This document shows positions 9,304 through 17,393 of a stretch of 64,000 bases of DNA, one piece after another. How positions within the stretch are numbered: the first letter of the stretch is position 1; each line of letters opens with the position of its first letter. Under the pieces are notes generated by a model. It was not told the origin of the DNA and searched no databases. It saw only the letters and a list, made by a program, of their open reading frames with translations. The position numbers and the translations under genes are program-made. Source of the stretch: an uncultured Candidatus Actinomarina sp. (GTDB lineage Bacteria > Actinomycetota > Acidimicrobiia > Actinomarinales > Actinomarinaceae). The DNA lies in NCBI GenBank assembly GCA_902628045.1, contig CACOLU010000001.1:10672-74671 (forward strand). The letters are read 5' to 3'.

Positions 9304-9807
9304 ATGTTGATTTTTTCTGCATGTACTATTGGCGGAGAAGAGTCTGAAGGGGTTGTAACTATTGAATCTACTACTGCTACAACAGTAGTAGTAGAGGAAG
9401 TTACTTTTGAAGAGGGTGTCCTTGATTTTGCACAGTGTATGAGAGAAGAAGGAATCAATTTTCCCGACCCAACATTTGATATCGACGGTAATCCTGAATT
9501 TGATAATTTAGAAATAGAAAATGAAGAGGAATTTGAAACTGCTTTTGAAAATTGTGAAGATATTTTGAGAAATGCTCTTCCAGAACAATTTGATTTAGAC
9601 CCAGAAGTAGAAGCAGCTTTAGTCGATGCTTCACTGGAGTTTTCCCAATGTATGCGAGAACAGGGAATAGATTTTCCAGACCCTAAACCTGGCGAATTTG
9701 GCTTTTTTGCATTTAGAGATGCTGATATAGACTTCAGTTCAGAGGCAGTACAAGATGCATTTGAAATCTGTCAACCGGAAAACCCTCTCGAAAACTTAGA
9801 CGATTAG
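9304..9807 (+). CDS. acidic lipoprotein with two 2-Cys modules (paralogue D)
   Basis: Lipobox FSAC. Modules FAQCMREEGINFPDP..C and FSQCMREQGIDFPDP..C. The ATG at 9304 leaves only 6 residues before the Cys, so the start is uncertain (see findings). Confidence 0.65.
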   Translation: MLIFSACTIGGEESEGVVTIESTTATTVVVEEVTFEEGVLDFAQCMREEGINFPDPTFDIDGNPEFDNLEIENEEEFETAFENCEDILRNALPEQFDLDPEVEAALVDASLEFSQCMREQGIDFPDPKPGEFGFFAFRDADIDFSSEAVQDAFEICQPENPLENLDD

Positions 9808-9813
9808 TAATTA

Positions 9814-9966
9814 ATGTTTTACGACGAAGGAAGCGACTGGATGATCATCAGTGTTGCTGTACTTTCATTAGGGGCTTTAGTATTTCAAATATGGACCAAG
9901 TACGATGAGAGGAAAAATCCTGATACGTATAGTTTTGATTGGAAATCAGCGCTTGAAGAGGAATAG
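9814..9966 (+). CDS. putative 50-aa single-pass membrane micro-protein
   Basis: My own translation: MFYDEGSDWMIISVAVLSLGALVFQIWTKYDERKNPDTYSFDWKSALEEE. Below the ORF-track size cutoff; C-terminus is shared with the 10780 ORF. Confidence 0.3.
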   Translation: MFYDEGSDWMIISVAVLSLGALVFQIWTKYDERKNPDTYSFDWKSALEEE

Positions 9967-9982
9967 TAAAGTTAATTAAATT

Positions 9983-10447
9983 TTAAATTCCAGAATCAAA
10001 AAATTCTGGCTGACTAACACTCGTAGTTCTCCAACATGGCTTGTCGTCACAAATTGTTTTTTCAAATACCCACGTTATTACAAAATAATTGTTACTTTCA
10101 GCTAACACTTTTATTTCGTATTGAATATTTTTTTCACTTTCAAAAGTGACTTCGTATGAATAATCTTTAAGATCAATTATTGCATCGTATGGTTGAGAAG
10201 TAAGCATCATTGAAAACCTTTCTATTGGTCCTGTTATTTCTTTATTTTTTTCATGTGCATACTTCCAAATAGTATTTACTGCATTACTAGGATTTTCAGA
10301 AAAAACTTTATAGATATCAAGTATCTCAACAAGAATTTCTTCAGATGATAAGGCTTGATTTACGACTGTTTGAGAAGATTCTGGTAAAACATCTGTTGTA
10401 GACGTGCAAGAAATTATAAGAAGAAAGAAAAGAAGTTTTCTAGCCAC
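9983..10447 (-). CDS. lipoprotein, unknown function
   Basis: GTG start; MARKLLFFLLIISC lipobox; 154 aa. Confidence 0.6.
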   Translation of the reverse strand: MARKLLFFLLIISCTSTTDVLPESSQTVVNQALSSEEILVEILDIYKVFSENPSNAVNTIWKYAHEKNKEITGPIERFSMMLTSQPYDAIIDLKDYSYEVTFESEKNIQYEIKVLAESNNYFVITWVFEKTICDDKPCWRTTSVSQPEFFDSGI

Positions 10448-10573
10448 CGATAAGTGAAACTACTAAATACAAATGCAAAAAGAAGGCTACAACTAAGAAG
10501 CCAAAAAAAGATTTCTTTTCAACTTTATTCACTATCAAATACTAGCAACAGTCTATTTTTTACGTAAACTGAG

Positions 10574-10729
10574 TTACTTATTTGCTTGTTCGTAAGCCTG
10601 GCTATAAAGAATAAGTGTTGGAGCCCAAAGTCCTACGTAAATCGCAAGTTGAGAATCATCTAATACAATATAAATGAGCACAGAAGCTATCACAGACACC
10701 ATGCTTGCATATAAACCTAGTTTTACCAT
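10574..10729 (-). CDS. putative 51-aa two-helix membrane micro-protein
   Basis: My own translation: MVKLGLYASMVSVIASVLIYIVLDDSQLAIYVGLWAPTLILYSQAYEQANK. Confidence 0.3.
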   Translation of the reverse strand: MVKLGLYASMVSVIASVLIYIVLDDSQLAIYVGLWAPTLILYSQAYEQANK

Positions 10730-10779
10730 ATTTCCTTTCTCGATTTAATTATACTATGTAAATTTGTTATGATAAAAAT

Positions 10780-10935
10780 ATGATAGAGACAATAACATCA
10801 TCGCCTTTGTTCTTAATTCTTTTATTTCCAGTAGGTACTCTTACCATATTCGTAATTGGTTTAATACGAGTAGATATTCGTGATTTAAGAGGAAAAGAAA
10901 CAGCTGGTCAAAAGCTTGCCTTAGAAGAAGAGTAG
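10780..10935 (+). CDS. putative 51-aa single-pass membrane micro-protein
   Basis: My own translation: MIETITSSPLFLILLFPVGTLTIFVIGLIRVDIRDLRGKETAGQKLALEEE. Same length class, topology, ALEEE C-terminus and TAG stop as the 9814 ORF. Confidence 0.3.
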   Translation: MIETITSSPLFLILLFPVGTLTIFVIGLIRVDIRDLRGKETAGQKLALEEE

Positions 10936-10962
10936 CAATTTGTCTCACCAAACTGTTTACAT

Positions 10963-11469
10963 GTGATTATGGACAGGGAAAATCTTGAAAATTTAGACGA
11001 GGAATCATTATTTAGGATTCAAAATACAATTTCTGAGATTATCAAAGAACGAAATTTTAAAAAAGGCGATATTGAAACAATAGTTGAAGACTCTTTCAAC
11101 ATTGCCTTTCCAAAGATAGACGGTTTAGGCTTAAACCCTTGGGTTGAAGGCTCTATGCTAGTTTGTCCAGGTGCAAGAATTGACAAATCGCAGACAAAAC
11201 ACATTTGTAAATTTGTTGCTGTTGGTGAAGACTGGTCGTGGGAATCAAGCAATATGATAAGTGATGTAATTAGAAGAGACCAATCATCAAAAAAATTTAG
11301 ACAACATTCAATAACACTTATTTCTCCTTACGAGGGGATGACTGTAGATGTGATTATGCAAAAATCACAAAATGGAAAACATTTAGTTGATAGTGTCGAG
11401 TCTTATATATTTTCAAACGGTTCTCTAGAAAAAACAATGTCTAAATCTTCTCGTTCAAGAGAACACTAA
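10963..11469 (+). CDS. hypothetical protein
   Basis: 168-aa ORF (GTG; ATG alternative at 10969) with no motif I recognise. Confidence 0.5.
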   Translation: MIMDRENLENLDEESLFRIQNTISEIIKERNFKKGDIETIVEDSFNIAFPKIDGLGLNPWVEGSMLVCPGARIDKSQTKHICKFVAVGEDWSWESSNMISDVIRRDQSSKKFRQHSITLISPYEGMTVDVIMQKSQNGKHLVDSVESYIFSNGSLEKTMSKSSRSREH

Positions 11470-11470
11470 A

Positions 11471-11962
11471 TTAAGAGAACCAACTATGTTTACCAAATTG
11501 ATTCTTTGGAACAGGGGTTCTCTCTTTTATATACCAATCAATTCCACTAAGCACTGAGAACAAGTACGACTTCAATTTTATATTTATATATAGAAAATAA
11601 GGCAAGAATGAAAACACCTTTGGCCATGAGCTTAACAAAAATGGATAAACGGTGATAGTAAGCTTTGCACCGTTACTTACTTTTTCCAAACTCCATTCAA
11701 CAAAAGACTGATTTTTATTATTATCACCTATCCACAAATCATATCCTTCAAATGTTTTCCAACTTACAAATCTTCTTATGTAAGTCATGTTATTTAAATA
11801 GACTATTTTGTCTTCATGTTTATCTTTGTCCCATTGAATAATTGAGTTATCACTACAAAATGGGTGAATATTGTTTAAGTAATTAGGAGATGAAATAATT
11901 TCCCACAAATCCTCAACAGAACATTTGTAATTCATACTGTTTGAGGTTTTAAATCTTTGCAT
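11471..11962 (-). CDS. SRPBCC (START/polyketide-cyclase-like) family protein
   Basis: 163 aa. N-terminal SVEDLWEIISSP..NIHPF pattern and size fit the SRPBCC fold. Confidence 0.45.
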   Translation of the reverse strand: MQRFKTSNSMNYKCSVEDLWEIISSPNYLNNIHPFCSDNSIIQWDKDKHEDKIVYLNNMTYIRRFVSWKTFEGYDLWIGDNNKNQSFVEWSLEKVSNGAKLTITVYPFLLSSWPKVFSFLPYFLYINIKLKSYLFSVLSGIDWYIKERTPVPKNQFGKHSWFS

Positions 11963-12083
11963 GAACTAAGAATAAATATAATAGGATATATAGTAAATCA
12001 GGCATAGGTCAACCACTTATGGAAGTGTGTTTGAGTGATTTTCAACGCATACACGTGATTGACCGATAATGTAAGTATAATTC

Positions 12084-12143
12084 TTATTTCACAACCCTGC
12101 AAGATTGTGATATTTATTTCACAATATATATATGTTTGTGAAA
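12084..12143. promoter_or_regulatory. array of alternating TTTCACAA / TTGTGA(AA) half-sites (operator-like)
   Basis: TTTCACAA at 12087 and 12117; TTGTGA at 12105; TTGTGAAA at 12136. TTATTTCACAA is repeated 30 bp apart. Confidence 0.45.
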
Positions 12144-12180
12144 AATTGTAATATGAAAGATTTTATTTACCAAACAAAGA

Positions 12181-13341
12181 TTAAAGAAGGTACAAAGCGA
12201 GCAACAAACACATTATCATTCCATATACAGCGATTGTTACTGAATAAAGCCTGTCGCTTTTTTCTAACTTAATTACACAAAAATTAGTAATTGCATAATA
12301 GATCAAAATAAAAAAGGAGCTTAGCTCTATAGATCTGACAACATCAAAACTATAAATACCTATGATCACGGATATAAACACAAAGCCTTCTGAGAAATAA
12401 GCAGAATTAAATTTTTTATGAATTTTTGAAAATACATTTGGAAGTATTTTGTCTCTTGAAAGAGCAACGTATATCCTGCTAATTCCAGGCATCAATGCAA
12501 GAAATACAGAAACCATAGCAATAGAAGAAGCAAAAACTATTAAAAATGAAAATTCTGAAAATCTACTGACATCCATAGCAACAAGAAGTGGTGTATTTGA
12601 GTTCATAATGAACTCCGGACTGATTATCGACAACGTTAACCAAGTAATTCCAAAATACAGGAAGATTGTTACTCCTAGACCAGTAAAAATTGCTGTTGGG
12701 ATAATTTCTCTAGGATTTTTTATTTCTTCTCCAAATGTAGCAAGTCTCGAATATCCCGTAAATGCAAAAAACCATATACTTGCAGATAACAATATATTAT
12801 CAACTGCAGAACTCTCAAAGATTGGAATACTTAAATTAACTTCTGGTGTTGAGATAATCGATACAGCATAAAATAAAAGTAACCCAAAAATTATCCAAAC
12901 AAACCATTTAGCAATTTCTGCGGTCTTGTGGATTCCAGAAAAGCTTAACAAAAATACCAAAAGACATAAAATAACACCAATTTCTTTTCCGTACACGGGT
13001 GAAATGTAGTTTCCTACTGTAAGCGCTATAGCAACACAACTTATAGTTTTGCCAATAATGAATACCGTACCAGCAGTAACTGCATAAGGTTTTCCTAATA
13101 CTTCATTTGCATACAAATATGTACCACCGGTTTTTGGGAAAAGTGATGAGAGTTGAGCTGATGAAGAAGCATTTGCTATTGCTAATGTTGAAGCTAAAAG
13201 TAGTCCCAGGATTGAACCATAAGAACTTATTTTTGCTGTAGGAGCTATATTATTGAAAAGGCCAGCACCGATCATTGAACTTAACCCAAGATATATTGAG
13301 CTTTTTAAAGTAAGTGTTCTGTTAAATTCATTATTTTTCAC
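12181..13341 (-). CDS. APC-family amino acid permease
   Basis: 386 aa, about 11-12 TM. GAGLF..., FPKTGGTYLYA and FTGYSRLATFGEEIKNP are typical APC motifs. Confidence 0.8.
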   Translation of the reverse strand: MKNNEFNRTLTLKSSIYLGLSSMIGAGLFNNIAPTAKISSYGSILGLLLASTLAIANASSSAQLSSLFPKTGGTYLYANEVLGKPYAVTAGTVFIIGKTISCVAIALTVGNYISPVYGKEIGVILCLLVFLLSFSGIHKTAEIAKWFVWIIFGLLLFYAVSIISTPEVNLSIPIFESSAVDNILLSASIWFFAFTGYSRLATFGEEIKNPREIIPTAIFTGLGVTIFLYFGITWLTLSIISPEFIMNSNTPLLVAMDVSRFSEFSFLIVFASSIAMVSVFLALMPGISRIYVALSRDKILPNVFSKIHKKFNSAYFSEGFVFISVIIGIYSFDVVRSIELSSFFILIYYAITNFCVIKLEKSDRLYSVTIAVYGMIMCLLLALYLL

Positions 13342-13409
13342 ATTTATATTTTATCTATACTGGTTAATTTTACTAAATACCCAATTAGCTTTAGGTTTAT
13401 AATATTTAT

Positions 13410-14387
13410 ATGTTCAATAAATTATCACCTGTAGCAATTACAGATGAAAGAGATAGAAACTTATTTATTATTGCAATGCTTTGGTTTTTTATTGGAGCAT
13501 GGATAGATTCAAGTGCACACACATATTTAATTGATGATATTGAAACATTTTTTACTCCTTGGCATGCTGTGTTGTATTCAGGGTATGCTTTCTCTGTTTT
13601 CGTTGCAATATATATCAAAAACAAAATAAAAGACTACAAATTTGACGTTGGGGTTTTAGGTGCGATTATTTTTGGAGTTGGTGGAGCATCAGATGCTGTT
13701 TGGCATACCTTACTTGGTATTGAAACAGGAGTTGAGCCACTAGTTTCTCCTTCGCATTTAATGTTATTCCTTGGCGCATTTCTAATGTTAGATTATGTAT
13801 TCACAACAAGACCCAGCAAAGATCAATTAGACACAGCTTCCGTTGTAGCAGTGTCAACAATCTATGCGTTGGTAATGTTTATAACGCAATTCCTTCACCC
13901 ATATTTGCAGTACGTAGTATTTTTTGGCTCTGACGATGCTTTTGCGGCTGGGACTTTATTTTTTCAATCAATGCTTGCAAGCATTGTTTATGTTTATGCA
14001 ATACGATTTAAAATGTCATCAAAACAAATGTTCTTGCTTTATTTTCTCTCTTTTGTGTATGTATCAGTGCATGCTTCTTTGGGGAACATAAGGTTAATGT
14101 TATTGATTATTAGCATAGGAGGCCTATTTAGTTTTGGAGTATTCAGAGTCACTAACTGGTATTACAACACCGATCACGATAGAAAAATACAAGTAAGTGC
14201 AGCCGCAACGGCATCATTATATGGATTATTTTTTGTTTTATACCTACTTATTCAACAATCTCAAAGTAATTATGAGCTTACTTGGAGATTTTATGGACTT
14301 GGTGGTTTAGTCACGACACCGCTCTTATTCGGATATATGATTGGCAATCTAGGTGTTAGCCCAAGTACTGGAGAAGTTGTAGGGTAA
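13410..14387 (+). CDS. polytopic membrane protein, unknown function
   Basis: 325 aa, about 8-9 hydrophobic helices, with His-containing loops (SSAHTY, TPWHAV, DAVWHT). Confidence 0.55.
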   Translation: MFNKLSPVAITDERDRNLFIIAMLWFFIGAWIDSSAHTYLIDDIETFFTPWHAVLYSGYAFSVFVAIYIKNKIKDYKFDVGVLGAIIFGVGGASDAVWHTLLGIETGVEPLVSPSHLMLFLGAFLMLDYVFTTRPSKDQLDTASVVAVSTIYALVMFITQFLHPYLQYVVFFGSDDAFAAGTLFFQSMLASIVYVYAIRFKMSSKQMFLLYFLSFVYVSVHASLGNIRLMLLIISIGGLFSFGVFRVTNWYYNTDHDRKIQVSAAATASLYGLFFVLYLLIQQSQSNYELTWRFYGLGGLVTTPLLFGYMIGNLGVSPSTGEVVG

Positions 14388-14389
14388 AA

Positions 14390-15241
14390 CTACTTATATT
14401 TTCTTAAGTAAATATACCTATTTAACTTTAAGGGAGCTTTTTTTCTTAAACTCTCTGATTTATAACGCAACTGTTCAATTGCGATATCGCTACTATCATT
14501 TAGCGTATTTACATTAACTGGCTTACCTATCGTTATTGAAATATTTTTTCCTCTTTTATTAAACAATTCGTTTAATTGAGAAACATCCCGTAATTGTTTA
14601 TTAACATATGAAGCAAAATAAAAGAACCATGAGTTCCTTCCCTCCACATACACTGGAATTAGAGGAAAGTTATATTTTTTTGCAAGCGCCACAGGAGTTT
14701 TTTCCCAAGGCCTATCCCATAAACCAAAGAAAGTAAGTTTAGAAAGACGACCAGAAGGGAAAAGGATACCTGGCCTCCCATCACCAAAAAAAACGCTAAG
14801 TCGTTCGAGTGTTATTTTGCTTGCTGAATGGGTTTCTTTTTCATTATTCCAAACAACAGGTGCTAATAGATCATTAAAAGCACCCAGCAGGTATACAAAA
14901 AGTTCATTTGCAAAAAAGAAAAGATCATTACGGACTGGATAAATTTTATAATACAGAGCTATTGCATCTGCAGCTCCCATAGGGTGATTTGATACAATTA
15001 AAAAATTTTCGTCTTTTGGTATATTTTCAATACCCTCAATAGAAGAGTTACTTGTATACTCACTGCCTATCCAATTAAAAGCCTCTTCACCATTCATGCT
15101 CTGGATATGATCTCCAACAAAAATAGTTTCTTCATATCTAAGATATTTTTTCAATAAGTTAAAGATAGTTCTAGACAGTAAGTTGTCTTTCAATAACCAT
15201 GGGTTTCTCTCTTTAATAAGTTGGTGTATTTTTTCTTCCAC
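14390..15241 (-). CDS. lysophospholipid acyltransferase (PlsC/LPLAT) family protein
   Basis: HX4D motif NHPMGAAD; FPSGR block. Confidence 0.65.
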   Translation of the reverse strand: MEEKIHQLIKERNPWLLKDNLLSRTIFNLLKKYLRYEETIFVGDHIQSMNGEEAFNWIGSEYTSNSSIEGIENIPKDENFLIVSNHPMGAADAIALYYKIYPVRNDLFFFANELFVYLLGAFNDLLAPVVWNNEKETHSASKITLERLSVFFGDGRPGILFPSGRLSKLTFFGLWDRPWEKTPVALAKKYNFPLIPVYVEGRNSWFFYFASYVNKQLRDVSQLNELFNKRGKNISITIGKPVNVNTLNDSSDIAIEQLRYKSESLRKKAPLKLNRYIYLRKYK

Positions 15242-15909
15242 TAAGCCTCAAACCTACTTTTTCTTCCCTTAATTCCGTCAAAACAGAAACGAAGTCTTTT
15301 AATGACTTCTTCCTCAGTACCATCAAGACATAAGCTATCTAAAAATTGTAAAATGCCATTTTCGTAATCGATTTGTACTGGCATTACTTCAGCACCCAGT
15401 TCTTTTGCTAGATATAAAAAACTACTTCTAAACCTAGTTGCGTCAAATCTACCCTCCGGAGTGATAATTAATAGAAAATTATCTCTTTTTAAAAGTTCTT
15501 GAACAACAGAGTCGTACTGTCCACTATTACTTTTTCTATCTACAGGGATGGCACCAAACTTTTTAAATATTATTTCTTGAAGCCAACCTAACGGCCACGG
15601 TATTCCTTGCTTATCAATATCTTTTGGGTTAATGAATGGATTTGGAATTCTTCGCATAGTCCATTTTGCAGAAAGGTAACATACATCTATATCCAAAGCT
15701 AAAATCATAAGAATCATCAAATATTCATCTTTACTAGATTGGTGAGGTACAGCAGTTACGATAACTCTCTTACTATCTAGAAAAGATCCTTTAGCTTTAA
15801 CTGTTTCAAACAAAAGTAGAAATCTCGCAAGATATTTTAAAAAGAATCTTCTTTTTCTAGGCGTAAGCTCGCTAATCGTTACCTCAGGTAAAACTCTTGT
15901 ATAAGGCAT
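15241..15909 (-). CDS. PlsC-like acyltransferase family protein (paralogue of 27276-27941)
   Basis: VPHQSSKDE (HX4D/E-like) and ITPEGRF block. Alignable along its length with the 27276 ORF (GIPWPLGW/GIPHPFGK, IDYENG/IDYKNR). Confidence 0.55.
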   Translation of the reverse strand: MPYTRVLPEVTISELTPRKRRFFLKYLARFLLLFETVKAKGSFLDSKRVIVTAVPHQSSKDEYLMILMILALDIDVCYLSAKWTMRRIPNPFINPKDIDKQGIPWPLGWLQEIIFKKFGAIPVDRKSNSGQYDSVVQELLKRDNFLLIITPEGRFDATRFRSSFLYLAKELGAEVMPVQIDYENGILQFLDSLCLDGTEEEVIKRLRFCFDGIKGRKSRFEA

Positions 15910-15933
15910 AATTTTTTTGTAGTCTAAATTATT

Positions 15934-16629
15934 TTAGTATGTTTGTTCTTCGTCACCATCAGTAAAAGATACATTATTGAACTCTTTAAGCCTAAAAAAG
16001 TGACCACCTGAAATCTGAGTAGATTTCAATGTTGTATGACCAGTGTGTCTTGGAAGAAATTTTCTCCATGTCCATGCATAAAGAGGCATATTTAAAAAAT
16101 AGGATAACAATACTGACATTGTTCCAGCATGAGAAATAATCATTAACTTTTCAATACTTGAATTGCGAAAGTCAAATCTTCTATCATACTCTGCATCTAA
16201 CGCAGCAATTCCTCTATTACTAAGTTCTATTTCTAAATTAGAAACTATGTTTTTACCAAATATTTCCATGTATTTTCCGTGATTAGCTTCATTCCACTCT
16301 TCAAAAGATTGGGAGTTTCTTTTAGCAAAAAAAGCCATTACTTCTTCAATACCCTTTCCATATAACGCCTCTTCCTCTTCATCTTGCATTTCTTGTAGCC
16401 AATCGTATACATAAGTAGCCTTGCCTATATTTTTTTCTTTAAATGGAATAAATGTTTCTTGAGCACGCTTAAGGGGTGAAACCCATATTTCATCAACACT
16501 ATTTTTTTCAAAAGCTGAAGAAGATTTTTCAGATTGTATTTTTCCTAGAGAAGTTAAGCCTGGATTTTTTGTATATACATCTCCTGGCATCCACTCTGGC
16601 TGACCGTGTCTAATCAATACAATTTCCAT
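15934..16629 (-). CDS. histidine phosphatase (phosphoglycerate-mutase-like) family protein
   Basis: N-terminal LIRHGQPEW catalytic RHG motif; downstream ISHAGT. Confidence 0.75.
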   Translation of the reverse strand: MEIVLIRHGQPEWMPGDVYTKNPGLTSLGKIQSEKSSSAFEKNSVDEIWVSPLKRAQETFIPFKEKNIGKATYVYDWLQEMQDEEEEALYGKGIEEVMAFFAKRNSQSFEEWNEANHGKYMEIFGKNIVSNLEIELSNRGIAALDAEYDRRFDFRNSSIEKLMIISHAGTMSVLLSYFLNMPLYAWTWRKFLPRHTGHTTLKSTQISGGHFFRLKEFNNVSFTDGDEEQTY

Positions 16630-16680
16630 ACAAAAACAATAGCTAAATTAGGTTATTCTGATAGCTTAAGAGAAAAATAT

Positions 16681-17130
16681 ATGAAGTTTTATCGTAATAG
16701 AAGTAGTTTATACCTTCCACTTTTCAGAGGAAGTGTTCTTACATATGTTGGAGTCGACAACATTATTACTGGTCCATTCAGACAGTTAATGATTAAATAC
16801 TTTAGGCTTGGAGAGTTTGGTTCAAACGCAAGAGAAGAATATTTATATTATTTACTATTATTTTTTGGTCTTTTACAACTTCTTATAACAATACAAAGTG
16901 CATTCCAACCAGTTGTTGAAATAATAGATGACAAAGTTATTCTTCGAACGAAAGAGAAAGCACTTTCTGTTATTAAAAACACTTTTGATATTACTAATTT
17001 GGAACTAGTAAAAGATAATTTCTTACAGTTTTCTTTTGGAGAAGAGGTGTTTAATGTTCAAGTTGACGATGTCTCCATCAAAGAGCTACAAGAAGCATTC
17101 AAATCTTTTAATTTTTATGAAGAGGAATAA
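16681..17130 (+). CDS. hypothetical protein with one hydrophobic helix
   Basis: ORF trimmed to the ATG at 16681, because the GTG at 16606 would overlap the divergent gene's start. Confidence 0.45.
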   Translation: MKFYRNRSSLYLPLFRGSVLTYVGVDNIITGPFRQLMIKYFRLGEFGSNAREEYLYYLLLFFGLLQLLITIQSAFQPVVEIIDDKVILRTKEKALSVIKNTFDITNLELVKDNFLQFSFGEEVFNVQVDDVSIKELQEAFKSFNFYEEE

Positions 17131-17168
17131 TATTCAAAAACCTCGCGAAAAATACATTAATGAATCTC

Positions 17169-17197
17169 TTGCATAAGAACAAAAACAAACGTATATT
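17169..17197 (+). promoter_or_regulatory. sigma-70-like promoter candidate for RNA unit A
   Basis: TTGCAT (17169-17174), 17-bp spacer, TATATT (17192-17197). This places a start near 17204, at the conserved ACACTAT. Confidence 0.4.
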
Positions 17198-17203
17198 TAT
17201 AGA

Positions 17204-17293
17204 ACACTATCTGAAAAGAAATCGCAAGATAGAAAATAAGATAGATTAGAAAATCCCGAAGGGTCGCAAGATCAATCGGGATTTTTGCTTTTT
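17204..17293 (+). ncRNA. candidate small structured RNA, unit A
   Basis: P1 CTATCT(17207-12)/AGATAG(17239-44) encloses hairpin AUC-GCAA-GAU (17221-30). A terminator-like hairpin AAAATCCCGA(17250-59)...GGUC-GCAA-GAUC...TCGGGATTTT(17276-85) follows, then TTTTTGCTTTTT. Confidence 0.4.
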
Positions 17294-17393
17294 ACTAAGA
17301 GATTGATAACTAAAAAGCTCCAAATTTATAAAATTTATGTATAAAAGTTCGCGAAAAAAACTAACCAAAAAATATTGCCAAAGTATCAAAAGT

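Noticed and set aside
10450-10545. 32-aa minus-strand TTG-initiated hydrophobic ORF ending on the GTG start of the 9983-10447 lipoprotein gene.
   Set aside because: It is very short, has a non-ATG start and no RBS, and nothing distinguishes it from chance in AT-rich sequence.
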